Below are positions 39,567-52,719 of a stretch of 64,000 bases of DNA, piece after piece. The position numbers were made by a program, and so were the translations under genes. Numbering within the stretch: position 1 is the first letter of the stretch; each line of letters opens with the position of its first letter. The stretch is from Octopus vulgaris (lineage: Eukaryota): NCBI GenBank assembly GCA_951406725.2, contig OX597815.1, positions 7,874,001-7,938,000 on the forward strand. The letters run 5' to 3'. A model generated the notes under the pieces. The model saw only the letters and a list, made by a program, of their open reading frames with translations, searched no databases and was not told the DNA's origin.

Positions 39567-39794
39567 ACACACACACACACACACACACACCTTATTTATA
39601 CTGGTTTTATCAGGCAGGCACTATTTGACACAGTGTGTGAGAAGGCTAACCTTTTGAATTATAGAACTTCAGCCGCTGGTCTGGCTTCCACACGCTATCA
39701 GTGGACATAATTACCCTCTTAATCATTGTGTATAATCGAAGCTAGATTTGAAGACATTTGCCAAAGTGACACAAATACACTTTCCCAAATATAT

Positions 39795-40202
39795 ACTCTT
39801 TTACTCTTTTACTTGTTTCAGTCATTTGACTGCGGCCATGCTGGAGCACCGCCTTTAGTCGAGCAAATCGACCCCGGGACTTATTCTTTGTAAGCCCAGT
39901 ACTTATTCTATCGGTCTCTTTTGGCCGAACCGCTAGGTTACGGGGGACATAAACACACCAGCACCGGTTGTCAAGCAATGCTAGGGGGACAAACACAGAC
40001 ACACAAACACACACACATATATATATATATACATATATACGACAGGCTTCTTTCAGTTTCCGTCTACCAAATCCACTCACAAGGCATTGGTCGGCCCGGG
40101 GCTATAGCAGAAGACACTTGCCCAAGATGCCACGCAGTGGGACTGAACCCGGAACCATGTGGTTGGTTAGCAAGCTACTTACCACACAGTCACTCCTGCG
40201 CC
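39795..40202 (-). mobile_element. SINE family A, full length
   Basis: Reverse complement of 2349-2780. Confidence 0.93.
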
Positions 40203-40914
40203 ATATGCAGTGGTCTTATGGTTAAATCTGTTAAGGATGCGGCTATGGTTGTGACCAACGAGTTACCTCATTAGTGCTTGACATGCAAGACGTGGCTCCC
40301 AAATCCTACTGTCTTATAAACGGTGTTCTTTGCAAATAAGAAAAATAGTGATGGTCACAAGTGGAATATTCTTGATGATCAAGGCTTAATTATGCTGAAC
40401 TGATGCTAAACAGCAACAACCACCAACTTAGATATCATTAAAATAAAATAAAAATTCCTATCTGGAAATTCACGTCGGTTTCTCTTCTGTGAGAAAAAAT
40501 TTGACGTTTCGGAAATTTTCCTTTCGTTTAATTATATTTTAACTCCTTGTACTATTATGACATATTCAACATTTCTTCTACAGATAATAATCTTTCAGGC
40601 TATGAAATATTTAAATATTAAAAAAAAAAACTTCTGCAGAATATAATCTGTCTGGTTGTAATATATTTCAAATTACTTCTGTAGAAGACTGTCTGGCTTA
40701 ATTATGAGGTAAATTCTATATTTGAGAGACACGCACTCTTTAGACAACCCATTCTATATATATTCACCTCTCAGATGAACAAGTATGGAATAATTCTATC
40801 TCCAGGTTAACAACCAGCTGCTATTTCTTGTTTTTGAATATAGAATCGGCTTGGAAGGCAATAAATTCACCGACGTGTATTGAGTTCCTTTTCGTTCGTC
40901 TCTACATGCAAGCG

Positions 40915-41035
40915 TATGTATTTATGTTTATATATATATATATATATATATATGTGCGTATATGTACGTGCGGGCGTATATAGATGCATATGCGTATATA
41001 TCTGGGTGTATGCGTGTTGTGTGTGTGTACATATG

Positions 41036-41131
<96 letters not shown>

Positions 41132-41220
41132 TTGATTGATTGATTTTAGTTTCAGCTCATGAGCTGTGGCCATGCTGGGGCACCGCCATTTATATATATA
41201 TTATATGTATATCTATCAAT

Positions 41221-41283
<63 letters not shown>

Positions 41284-41326
41284 CTATATATATATACACA
41301 CATATATACACACAAGCATACATGTA

Positions 41327-41359
<33 letters not shown>

Positions 41360-41780
41360 GCATACATGTATATTTATATATGTGTGTGTATGCGTGCATG
41401 CGTGTGTATGTGTGTGTGTGTGTGCGGGAATGTGTCTATGTATGTGCGTGCGTGAGTATGTATGTGTGTGTCTCGTGTGTATGTATGTATGTGTGTGTGT
41501 GCAAGTTTGTATATATATGATATGTATATTAAAATTCACAGAAATGTAATAAAAGATGAAATCAATAATATATTCAATAATCTAATCAAACATATTGACT
41601 TACATGATATATCCAATAACGCACGGTAAGTTAATGTGTGTGTATGCGTGTATGCGTGTTTGTGTGTGTGCGTGCGTATATGAGTGTATTCGTGTCTATG
41701 TGTGTGTGTGTGTGTGTGTGCGCGCGTGCGTGTGCGTGTGTGTGTGTGTAGGTGCGTGTACGTTTGTGTGTGTTTTCGGG
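40915..41780. repeat. TA/TG microsatellite field with a SINE A tail scrap at about 41145-41190
   Basis: Direct reading. Confidence 0.88.
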
Positions 41781-41963
41781 AATCGGGTAAATGCTATATG
41801 TCAATAGATGTGTATACAATATAGAAATACAACCATTCTACAAGGAACCAAAACATTGGTAAATCTATGGGCTTGTGTGTGCACCGATCCGTGTGTGTGT
41901 GTGTGTGTGTATTTGTGTGTGAGTGTATGCATGTGCAGAACGTAACGGCCATACACAGTAGTG

Positions 41964-42240
41964 TCATCATCATCATTGTTCGACCGTGGTTGAGACAATG
42001 GAATTTACCATGCTACGCCAGACCTCACGGTCCATCATAGCATTACGGAGGTCCTGTTGCTGGATGCCTGTATCCCTGGAGATTACATCAGGGTAGGAGA
42101 GTGTGCGCCCTCTGGTATCGCGAGTAGATGGCTTCCAGAGGAGAAGAGTAGAAATTACTCCTTTTTCAGCTCTACAACAATATCCAGCAAACTGGACTCT
42201 CCTACCTTTCACAAGAGATGACACAGGTGGTAGTTTCCCA
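41964..42240 (-). pseudogene. RTE-clade LINE 3' end with (TGA)n tail
   Basis: RRVQFAGYCCRAEKGVISTLLLWKP...RGRTLSYPDVISRDTG...MMDREVWR, stop, TGATGATGA. Confidence 0.87.
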
Positions 42241-42685
42241 ACAGTAGTTTCTTAACAGTAGTGTCAGTGTTACGTTGCGATATCGCAGCTTGTTCGACAA
42301 TGTCCTACCTTTCTGGTACTGATATTTGTGAGGAATAACAAAGCTACGATTGGTGAACTACCTGCTACCTTACTTGTTTCACCTTGGCACCATGTAAGTC
42401 TGTGTGTGTGAGAAAAAGTACATTTACCAAAAATTAAAAGTTCAATTAAAAACAAAGATTTTGAAAGTTTATTTCAGCGAAAAAGTAGGGAATGTTACAT
42501 CACGAGACCATAGCTAGGTAGGGAAAAAAAATATATCCTTAGTAAGTATGAAAACAAAATAGAAGTTGCGTGGTGGCAGCTGCCCCTTGTTCAGTAAGGT
42601 GACCGCATGTGGGACTGCTCTGTAATATTTTGTCCCAAGGAATCTAGACGTTCTCTGTTAGCGCCTAATATGATAAATGTATAGA

Positions 42686-43084
42686 AAGCGGCGAGCTGGC
42701 AGAAGCGTTAGCACACCGGGCGAAATGCTTTGCGGTATTTCGTCTGCCGCTACGTTGTGAGTTCAAATTCCGCCGAGGTCGACTTTGCCTTTCATCCTTT
42801 CGGGGTCGATAAATTGAGTACCAGTTACGCACTGGGGTCGATGTAATCGACTTAATACCTATGTCTGTCCTTGTTTGTCCCCTCTATGTTTAGCCCCTTG
42901 TGGGTAATAAAGAAATAGGTATTTCGCCCGTCGCTACGTTCTGAGTTCAGATTCCGCCGAAGTCGACTTATCCTTTCGGGGTCGATAAATTAAGTACCAG
43001 TTTAATTTGATTTATCGACTGAGATCGACGTAATCGGCTAGCCCCTCCCACCAAATTCCAGGCCTTGTGCCTTCAGTAGAAAGG
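42686..43084 (+). mobile_element. SINE family B, 2 units, 14-bp TSD
   Basis: TSD ATGATAAATGTATA at 42670-42683 and 43085-43098. Confidence 0.92.
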
Positions 43085-43100
43085 ATGATAAATGTATATA

Positions 43101-43293
43101 TACGAAGGGGTGCAATTAAGTTTCTGGCTTTAAGAGTATCGCGAAAGGCCCTGCTTGGAGTTTAGAAAAAATGAAGGACCGCTGCAATAAGTGTGTAAAT
43201 CTGAGGGGAGAATATGTTGAATAAAATCATAATTAAAAGATACTTTTCTGTTTTCCTTTACCAAACCCAGGAACTTTTCACCAACCCCTCGTG
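43101..43293 (+). mobile_element. Mariner-derived MITE (internal deletion derivative)
   Basis: Imperfect TIRs TACGAAGGGGTGC...AAGTTTCTGG / CCAGGAACTTTT...ACCCCTCGT; retains transposase C-terminus KDRCNKCVNLRGEYVE*. Confidence 0.8.
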
Positions 43294-43339
43294 TGTATGT
43301 GTGTGTTTATATATATGTGTATATATATATATATATATG

Positions 43340-43505
43340 AACGGCAACGGGAAACTCAGAGTAACAGGTTTTTGTTGAATTTTCTGCTGCTTTAAATAAA
43401 GCATATTACTCTACCACTGGTATTTGAGTACTCTTCTTTCCACCTTGTTTCACATTTATGTGTTTAACTCCCTCTTCTCTCTTTCTTTCACCCTCTTTTG
43501 CTTCC

Positions 43506-43544
<39 letters not shown>

Positions 43545-44110
43545 TCCTCATCTCTCTCACAGCCGAGTCGACGAACTTCCTTTCGCCGGCAGCTTTGTTC
43601 AAGTAAACATGTTTCTTCCTCTAGGCTTATAGGCCCTCTTTATTTGTTTTCCTGTCCTGTTTCTATTCCTTCTTGTACTGTATTTTTTGTAATTGTATTT
43701 TATTTTGTATTTGTTTTTAATTGTATTGTTTTTACGTCGTGTTTTTGTCACATTTTTTTTCCTTGTTTTTACCCCTCTGCAAAGGAATTTTATTTAATTC
43801 TTTCGCATGAAGGACTAGTTCGACGAGACGTGTTCTGTCCTCACCTTCAAAAACACGCTGGAGTTGAACTAGGGACAGCTGATGAAGGGGATTTTTCCTT
43901 GTGTAGTTGTCTTGTACTCTGTTTTTTCGTTGTTAAAAAAATGGTCCGTTCCATGCTGTTTTTACGTCTTCGTTTCTCGATGAGTTCTACGTCTATTTGT
44001 GGATTCCTGTACACACGTATATATATTTATATATACATGTATATATACATGTAGATGTAGGTACGTACATATATGTTTGTATGTATGCATATATTTTATT
44101 TATTACATTA
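43340..44110 (+). repeat. Composite of TA-associated interspersed repeats (homologous to 27775-27880 and 9250-9660)
   Basis: Sequence matches noted at those loci. Confidence 0.6.
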
Positions 44111-44169
44111 TATAAATATATATATGTATGTATTTATGTATGTATATACATACAAACACATATATATAC

Positions 44170-44249
<80 letters not shown>

Positions 44250-44254
<5 letters not shown>

Positions 44255-44371
44255 TCAAATTTACGGAAAACAAAAGACGAGGACAGATGATGGTACAACC
44301 AGCAGGTGTATTCCTTCAACGTTCGGGAAGAATGAACAAGTCTTTGACGTTTCGAGCCTACGCTCTCCGAC
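44250..44371 (-). mobile_element. Truncated copy of the 3650-3846 element with the 3' half of the hammerhead motif
   Basis: Minus strand GAGC(GTAG)GCTC-GAA-ACGT-C-AAAGAC; CTGANGA box lost. Confidence 0.6.
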
Positions 44372-44679
44372 ATATACATAGACACATACTACGCAAATAT
44401 ATGTGCATAACTCATATCTATGACATCACACGATTCATAGGAAAAGCTTGCAACTCAATGGACCAAGTTTCGCGTCAAATATCTGAATACATTCTCGTTT
44501 AACATCGTGTATTCTCATCCAAAACCGAGACGATTACCAACGTTTCCGTACGATACGCTTGAATGATTGTAGAGATCTCTCTTTACATTAAACCTATGGT
44601 AGCCTTGTTAACCCACAAATGAAATATATATATGTGTGTGTATGTGGTGTATGTGAGTGTATGGTGTGTATATAAGTGT

Positions 44680-45106
44680 GTGTACATACATACATACATA
44701 CGTACATACATACCTACATACATACATACATTCATACATACATATATGCATGCATACATACATACATACATACCTACATACATACATTCATACCTACCTA
44801 CCTACCTACCTACCTACCTGCCTACCTAGCTACATACATACATACATACGTACATACATGCATACATACATACATACATACATACATACCTACATACATA
44901 CATACATACATACATACATACATACGTACATACATCCACACATACATACATACATACATACATACATACATACATGCATGCATGCATGCATGCATACATA
45001 CATACATACATACATACATACATACATACATACATACATTCATACATACATACATACATACATACATACATACATACATACATACATACATACATACATA
45101 CATACA
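44680..45106. repeat. (TACA)n microsatellite
   Basis: Direct reading. Confidence 0.96.
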
Positions 45107-45412
45107 AGTCAGGATAAATGTTGTTATATGGGTGTGAAAAGGGGGGAAAATTATAAACCAGACAAGTAATATCTCCATCAATACTTTGACTGTTTCCCCT
45201 GTATCTGACGAGGAATATTACAGGTATCTAGGGGTAGGTGCAGATATATCTTACAGTAGCACCTGCAACAAAATACGTGTCACTAAAGAATATTACAACC
45301 GAATAAAGAAAATCTGGATCTCAGAACTCTCTGCATTCAATAAAACAGTGGTCCACAATGTGTTTGCAGTGCCAGTACTCATACCAACATTTGGGCTGCT
45401 TGATTGGACGCT
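45107..45412 (+). pseudogene. Dong/R4-clade LINE RT C-terminal fragment
   Basis: YYRYLGV...EYYNRIKKIWISELSAFNKTVVHNVFAVPVLIPTFGLLDWT. Confidence 0.82.
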
Positions 45413-45414
45413 TG

Positions 45415-45542
45415 CCATAGATAGAGAACCACATCAAACCTACATTTAAGTAACTGTGCAAGGACTTCGAATATAGCCACGAAGACCTACCACATGCAAT
45501 GGTGGAAAGAAATGGTCCCGGAAATCCGTGCAATAAGCACGG

Positions 45543-45548
<6 letters not shown>
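45415..45548 (+). pseudogene. RTE-like LINE extreme 3' end leading into (GAT)n
   Basis: LCKDFEYSHEDLPHAMVERNG...EIRAIST then GATGATGAT. Confidence 0.55.
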
Positions 45549-45582
<34 letters not shown>

Positions 45583-45878
45583 TTGGTGGTGATGGTGGTG
45601 GTGATGATGATGATGGTGGTGGTGATGATGATGATGATGATGATAATGGTGGTGATGATGATGATGGTGGTGGGGATGATGGTGGTGATGATGGTGGTGA
45701 TGATGATGATGGTGGTGGTGATGATGATGATGATGATGATAATGGTGATGATGATGATGATGATGATGATGGTGATGGTGATGATGATGATGGTAATGGT
45801 GATGATGATGATGATGGTGGTGATGATGATGATGATGTTGATGTGATGGTGGTGGTGGTAGTGGTGGTGGTGGTGATG
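45547..45878. repeat. (GAT)n/(GGT)n microsatellite
   Basis: Direct reading. Confidence 0.96.
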
Positions 45879-46560
45879 TGCAGCGTTCTCAGTGGGCGTA
45901 CGTTTTATTCTTATAGATAGCTAGTTCTTCTATCCATAGTAAGCGTGTTAAACAATGGCATTTCTGTGTATTTCCTTTGCTTCTTTTTGTTGTTGTTGTT
46001 GTTAACAGCAAAAACGTCTGTGTTTGCGCGTGCGCGGATGTTATGTTTGGTAACTTTGGGATAATTCTTGTGTCACTATGGATAATATCCGGAAATATGA
46101 CCAGCACAAATTGGCGCTTATGTTATTTAGTCCGTCACCTCCCAATCTGTATCTATGATCCTTTCTGTCTCACAGTGAATGTGTGAGTGTGTGTGTGTGT
46201 GTGCTTGTAGCATTTCTTTACTCATTGCCTTTCACCAAGCCTTTAATATGCACTCATCATCCCGTACCACTTATGTTAACTTACTCTCTATCTGTCTTTT
46301 ACTCTCCACCCCCACCCCCCCATCACTATAAACGATGTAAAGCGTGACTGGAGCAATCAACCAACCAACCAACCAACAACCAACCAACCAATCAACCAGC
46401 ACCAACATTCAAATCGGATATTTTTGTATGAAGATTGCTTGCTTTGTTGTCTTATAACCCAGTTATCCCTGATCAAGCAGACCTACTGGCAATGATGGTG
46501 TTCTGGTGTCAATTTGTTGTAACAAATTCAGGTATAATTTTATCGACTACGATATTACCC

Positions 46561-46993
46561 GGATCTTTTCGGTTTGAACGGCAGTTTTTTCTAGCGGTGT
46601 CATATGAAATTGTCACCCATAATTATGACCCTAGTATCGATCTATTGCATTTCATTCTATTTTAGGGTTAGGGTTAGAGTTAGGGTTAGGGTTAGGTGTG
46701 GGGGGAAGGGTATCTTTTTTTCTTCAGAAATGTAAATAAACCCAATCTGTTTCTTAAACGAGAGAATATTCATACGGCACAGAATGTTTTCACCTCAATA
46801 GACGTCATTGATTAGTTGAAATTGCAGAAATTGAAGAAAAAAACAACAAATATCTTACAAACTATAGAATTTTCTCAATAAAGCCAAGAGAAAAAGATGT
46901 TTTATAAACACATTCTACCAGTATACGAAGTTTAAAAGTGTTTAGTTACGAGGAAATTATTTTAAAAAACTGCCGTTCAAACCGGAAAGATCC
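46561..46993. mobile_element. MITE, 30-bp TIRs, 8-bp TSD, internal (TTAGGG)n
   Basis: GGATCTTTTCGGTTTGAACGGCAGTTTTTT / AAAAAACTGCCGTTCAAACCGGAAAGATCC (1 mismatch); TSD TATTACCC at 46553-46560 and 46994-47001. Confidence 0.93.
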
Positions 46994-47596
46994 TATTACC
47001 CAAAGTGTCTTTTCTTTTTCGAGAAGATAGGGTGGTATTTGAATGACATTTGGAATGGTATTTCTACTAATTCGACTCACTGCATTTAATCTCGTTCATT
47101 CAATATTATTCCAACCAATATTTGGAAAATATTACTTGGAATACAAGTTTCAAATTATTTGGCGTAAATCAAATATGTGAATACATATGAAGTATTTCCA
47201 ATCTTCAGGAAATGTTAATCTCCACCTCAAAGTGGAGGTTGTGCTAGAACAGAAAATACAACGTTATTTGCCCTGAGAGGAACTAGAACCCGAGTCCTCA
47301 GGAAAGAGTCTCTCGAGATAAATAACGCAGTATCTGTGTTCCAAAACAACGTTGAGTTGGAGATCAAGATTACCTTCTCTGGTATTTATACTGCTTTCTT
47401 ATTATTTATTATTTTTCAACCCCCAGTTTTAGTCCTTGGGGCATTATGAAACGTTAGCTCCCCTGTCAGTAAGAAAAAATAAAAATGAACCACGCCGAGT
47501 TGTTTCAAGTCTGTTACCCTCTTATACTACAAAATTTCACTCTTCAGTCTCGTCCCGAGTATCTCCTCATTGTTCGAACTTGTGTTTTATATAGCA

Positions 47597-47980
47597 CTAG
47601 CAGTATCGCCCGGCGTTGCTCAGGTTTGTAAGGGAAATAACTATAAAGCATTTTTAGAGAGTTATAGCCAAAAAATAGCCAAAAAATGGAAAAAAATTAT
47701 GGTAAATTTTTTTTGAGAGTAAAAAAAGGTGGAGTTGTGTCCCCTAGATAGTTTGCGGTTTGTGTTTCTGATTCTCGACCCCATGTCGAATTTATCGATT
47801 TTTTTCAGAACTGGGGGAACTTTTCAAAATTTTCGCTGCGTTAGTTTTGAATTATGACATTGGGCTATGTGTGTGTCAAGTTTCATCAGAATCGGTTGAA
47901 AGCCGTGGTCAGGGTGAGGGTACAAGCAAACAGACACACAGAAACACGCACAGACAAACTGCCGTTTATATAGAGAGAGA
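47597..47980 (-). mobile_element. Non-autonomous Helitron (family D), complete
   Basis: Reverse complement of 25946-26328; TC...CTAG termini between A and T. Confidence 0.9.
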
Positions 47981-48052
47981 TTACAATTCGGTTTGACCTT
48001 GTAAGATTTCTCAGTAGCACCGTATTTAATTTGTTTGTCACTTACTGACCAG

Positions 48053-48437
48053 GAGGCGCAATGGCCCAGTGGTTAGGGCAGCGGACTCGCGGTCATAGGA
48101 TCGCGGTTTTGATTCCCAGACCGGGTGTTGTGAGTGTTTATTGAGCGAAAACACCTAAAGCTCCACGAGGCTCCGGCAGGGGATGGTGGTGATCCCTGCT
48201 GTACTCTTTCACCGCAACTTTCTCTCACTCTTACTTCCTGTTTCTGTTGTACCTGTATTTCAAAGGGCCGGCCTTGTCACTCTCTGTGTCACGCTGAATA
48301 TCCCCGAGAACTACGTTAAGGGTACACGTGTCTGTGGAGTGCTCAGCCACTTACACGTTAATTTCACGAGCAGGCTGTTCCGTTGATTCGGATCAACCGG
48401 AACCCTCGTCGTCGTAACCGACGGAGTGCTTCTATCC
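48053..48437 (+). mobile_element. SINE family C, full length, 29-bp perfect TSD
   Basis: ATTTAATTTGTTTGTCACTTACTGACCAG at 48024-48052 and 48438-48466. Confidence 0.95.
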
Positions 48438-48854
48438 ATTTAATTTGTTTGTCACTTACTGACCAGTTTGAACCAGAGAGATACATTTAATATTCTTCTG
48501 TAGCAAGATGCTTACTTAGTTTGCCATTTCTTAATATCAATATTGTAGAGCTTCTAGATTACTTGAAATTCAAGAGTCAATATATACGTATTTCGCTATT
48601 AAATATTTCCTAAGCGTTGTGCCAACAAATACTACGGTTTCATAGCTGAATTTGATTTGCTGTCACTGTCAGAAATTTACATTTATCTGTGTTAATCTGT
48701 AATGGTAAAGGAGGATTCTCTCAGACAGAAAACGAGACAGCAAGTGTAGCGACTTCGCCAATCCTCGTATATTTATCGATTCTGCACACTCTTAGATTCA
48801 CTTTAAGTACTTGTTAACTATTTTATGATAAGGAAAACACGCACGCGATTTCTG

Positions 48855-49040
48855 TGCATGTGTGTGTGTTGTGTGTGTGTGTGTATGTGTGTGTGTGTGT
48901 GTATGTGTGTGTGTATGTTTGTGTGTGTGTGTATGTGTGTGTGTGTGTATGTGTGTGTGTGTATGTGTGTGTGTATATGTGTGTGTATGTGTGTGTGTGT
49001 GTGTGTGTGTATGTGTGTGTATGTGTGTGTGTATGTGTGT

Positions 49041-49082
<42 letters not shown>

Positions 49083-49165
49083 TTGTGTATGTGTGTTTGT
49101 GTATGTGTGTGTTGTGTGTGTGTGTGTATGTGTGTGTGTGTGTATGTGTGTGTATGTGTGTGTAT

Positions 49166-49220
<55 letters not shown>

Positions 49221-49253
49221 TGTGTGTGTGTATGTGTGTGTATGTATGTGTGT

Positions 49254-49340
<87 letters not shown>

Positions 49341-49390
49341 TGTGTATGTTTGTGTGTGTGTGTGTATGTGTGTGTGTGTGTGTGTGTGTG
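48855..49390. repeat. (TG)n microsatellite, about 540 bp
   Basis: Direct reading. Confidence 0.97.
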
Positions 49391-49744
49391 CACGCGTGCG
49401 AGAATGTATGATTGTTTGCATGTGTGTGTATATACATATCAGCGTGAGTATATGTGTGTGTGCGTGTGTGTGTATTCATGCACACGCATGTGTGTTAAGC
49501 GTGCTTGTATTTGAATGAATGTGTATGTGTATGTATTTTAATGTATGTATGTGAGCGTGTGCGTGTGCGCGAGCGCGCGTCTGTGGATTAGTGGCGAGTT
49601 AAAGGACAGACTGCTCTTTAATATGTCTGCTAAATGTAATGATGTCCTCAGTGAATTTCACTTTACGTTTATGACATATAAACTATTTACATTACACTAG
49701 AAACATTGAATTATTTAAATATAATAATACCCACACACAGACAA

Positions 49745-49822
<78 letters not shown>

Positions 49823-50581
49823 ATATCTATATATATATATATATATATATATCTATATATATATCTATATCTCACACACTATTAGAAGAAATAAGTTACT
49901 CAGAAATCTGGATGGTTTTATATTTACAGATATTTATTAATACGTCACATGTTTTTATAAATCATATTATAGCGCTTGCGTCCACTCTAGTGGAGTCGTC
50001 AGATTGAGTGTTTTCAGGAATGTTGTCTCTTTTTATAGTATTATTGAGTGTGTAGGGGTGGAGAGAGATATAAGATAGTAGAAGAGGGTGAGGAATGTGG
50101 AGGTGTTGTGAGTGACCCTCTTTCGGAGACGATCATGTGATATGCTAGCGGGACCCTAACAGGTGCTACGAACAGGTGCTTACTGAGTAAGAGTAGTCAT
50201 GGGAACAATAGTGGCTAATAGATGATTCCAGACCTTGGGACTCCTGAACAAGGGCCCCACTACAGGATGGAACTTCTGAACCAGGGCTCCACAACAGGAT
50301 ATCGTTTAAAGTCATACCCAGGGGACACACATGCACAACGATGTTCTTCGTAAAAAGTTTTTTTGTTATCTGAAATGACGCCAACCATACTGAAATTTGC
50401 CTTATGCTCTCGTTATCACATCATATCATTCTGATAGCCACTGGAGAATTTAATTTCGTTGCTCCATGACCGAGGAATATATTCAACAAAGATGAGATTG
50501 GAAGAAAAAAATCACAAAGGCGACAAATATAAAAAAAAAAAAAGAGAGAAAATAACTGGCAGCAACAAATTTATGCGATGA

Positions 50582-50881
50582 CTAGCAGTATCGCCCGGCG
50601 TTGCTCGGGTTTGTAAGGGAAATAACTATATAAGCATTTTTAGAGAGTTACTTCCCTTATATAATAGCAAAAAAATGCATTGAAAATGGGAAAAAATGAT
50701 GGTAATTTTTTTTTAATCGTAGACTCATCGTAGACGCGCGCTAATACCCAGAAGGGCTCGATATGAATCACGACTATAAGATACCCGGTTTTGGTCAAAC
50801 TGCACCGCAAAATGTGGGAGTAGTTAGGAATCTAAATCGTAGGAGACAGACAGCACACAACTTCACTTTTATATATAAAGA
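50582..50881 (-). mobile_element. Non-autonomous Helitron sharing the family D 3' end but with a different 5' part
   Basis: 50582-50650 matches the D 3' end; minus-strand 5' end TCTTTATATATAAAAGTGAAGTTGTG. Confidence 0.85.
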
Positions 50882-51279
50882 TAACGAATATTTAATTTTG
50901 TAGGATTCTATTTCGAAGCCACACGAAAATTACGATATTAGTTTTAAACTGAAGAAATATCTGGATAGATAAGTTCAGATTGTTTTATGAAGAAAGGTAA
51001 GATTTTGATGTGTCTCTTTGGAAAGAGTTGCTGGAAAGATTTGTGATAAGAATGCAAACTTATGTTTATCTAAACTAAATTATCAACGAAGAAATAAAAA
51101 TTAAAATCTTTTATCAATGGAACTGACGGTTAAAATGTTTAAATTAGCAAATGCTTGACTGATGCCAAGAGATTACTTAAAATGTAACTTGTTTTTGAAG
51201 TCATGGGGAGATTGGCTACACGTTCCGATATGGAAAGAAATCATGTGATGTTGATATGTAATTTTTACAGTTGCTATCA

Positions 51280-51329
51280 AAAAGAAAGAAAGAAAGAAAG
51301 AAAGAAGGAAAGAAAGAAAGAAAGAAGGA

Positions 51330-51361
<32 letters not shown>

Positions 51362-51365
51362 AAAA
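51280..51365. repeat. (GAAA)n microsatellite
   Basis: Direct reading. Confidence 0.95.
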
Positions 51366-52178
51366 TGGAGTGAGTGTTGGTGGATCATTCTGTAGCAAAA
51401 TTAAAACAGAATTCAATAGACTGTTACTTCATAGCTACAAATCATATGAGAGATTGGTTATGGGCACGTGTATGAAAAAAATATGTGAAACACGTAATTT
51501 TAAACTTGTATGAGAATCAACCCAACTAGAGAAATCATTGAAAAATTGTTATAGCAGTTGAGAGAACCACTGGAAGTCCTTCATATCTGCTGGGAGAAAA
51601 AAAACTTAAGGCTGTGGCAGAGAAATAATAAAATATTGAACAGAAATCAAAAGGAAAATTACAACTGGGACTAAGTCGTACATCATGCAAATGAAAATTA
51701 TCTTATGAAAAATATAGAATAGTTTCTGCTATAAAACGTAATTTTTTGGAAGAAATGCAGATTCAAATGAAATGAAGTAGAGACAAAATGAAGTGGAAAC
51801 AGTAATTAAAATATATTTAGAAGAAAAACTGAGTAAATACCTAGTTTTGAAAATACATTTCTAATAACAAATGTCATAAATATAAACCCATCAAAATTTT
51901 ATTAAAAGTCAAGCGGTAATTAAACTTGCCAAAAAAAGTCTAATGAGACACACGCTGCTCAAGAGAGGAGCCATCTTTGTTTACATCTGCAGGAGATAGG
52001 AACTAAGATACAATCCTACAGTGAGTTTGTCATCAAATTCTCGATATCAACGAAGGAAAATTACCATCATTTCAGTTTTCATATCACCAATTTTTTAATA
52101 GATAGACAGATTGATATGTGTGTATATATATATATATATCTTTTATTTACATGGAATTTTTCCTACCTGTCTATTTCC

Positions 52179-52266
<88 letters not shown>

Positions 52267-52412
52267 TATGTATATTAACGAATCTCATAAATGAAGGCGG
52301 CAGCATCGACCTCCGGCATTCATCAAATACTGAATACACGGCGCAAATAGTCATTTCGATGTTGATCCAGGATGGGTGTTCTCTCATTTCGTTTATTACG
52401 TTTGCTTCAGTA

Positions 52413-52559
52413 TTCAGCATTCGGTAATACATGATGCCGCACGATAAATCTCTCGACCGTCTACGGAAGCGTTCCGCATAATTGTACACATGTTGTACTT
52501 ATGAAGTACATCAATGAATTTGCTTTTGCATGTGACATCATGTATTACCAAATGCTGAA
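52413..52559. repeat. Inverted repeat, 29-bp arms (26/29 match), spacer about 89 bp
   Basis: TTCAGCATTCGGTAATACATGATGCCGCA vs reverse complement of TGTGACATCATGTATTACCAAATGCTGAA. Confidence 0.75.
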
Positions 52560-52719
52560 ACATGTAACACATGGAGTAAAGGAATATTGAGTTCAAAACT
52601 CAGTTTTTTTTTTCCTGTAATTTTTTATGTGTTGTCTACACTGCGTCATAGTTTTCCTGTTACACTGCGAAACCCCGCGTTATTTGTGCAGCGGTCTGAG
52701 TTTCATATGATTCACAATA

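Noticed and set aside
46661-46696. Telomere or chromosome fusion site
   Set aside because: Only about 6 units, inside a TIR/TSD-bounded MITE
47210-47596. Possible solo LTR
   Set aside because: No TG..CA boundaries with a matching TSD found
48053-48125. tRNA genes at SINE heads
   Set aside because: A/B boxes are present, but each continues into SINE body and tail with TSDs; no clean cloverleaf
49965-50008. Minus-strand CTGACGA-CTCCAC..GTGGAC-GCAAGCGCT hammerhead-like motif
   Set aside because: GAAA box is altered and stem I does not pair; at best a dead relic
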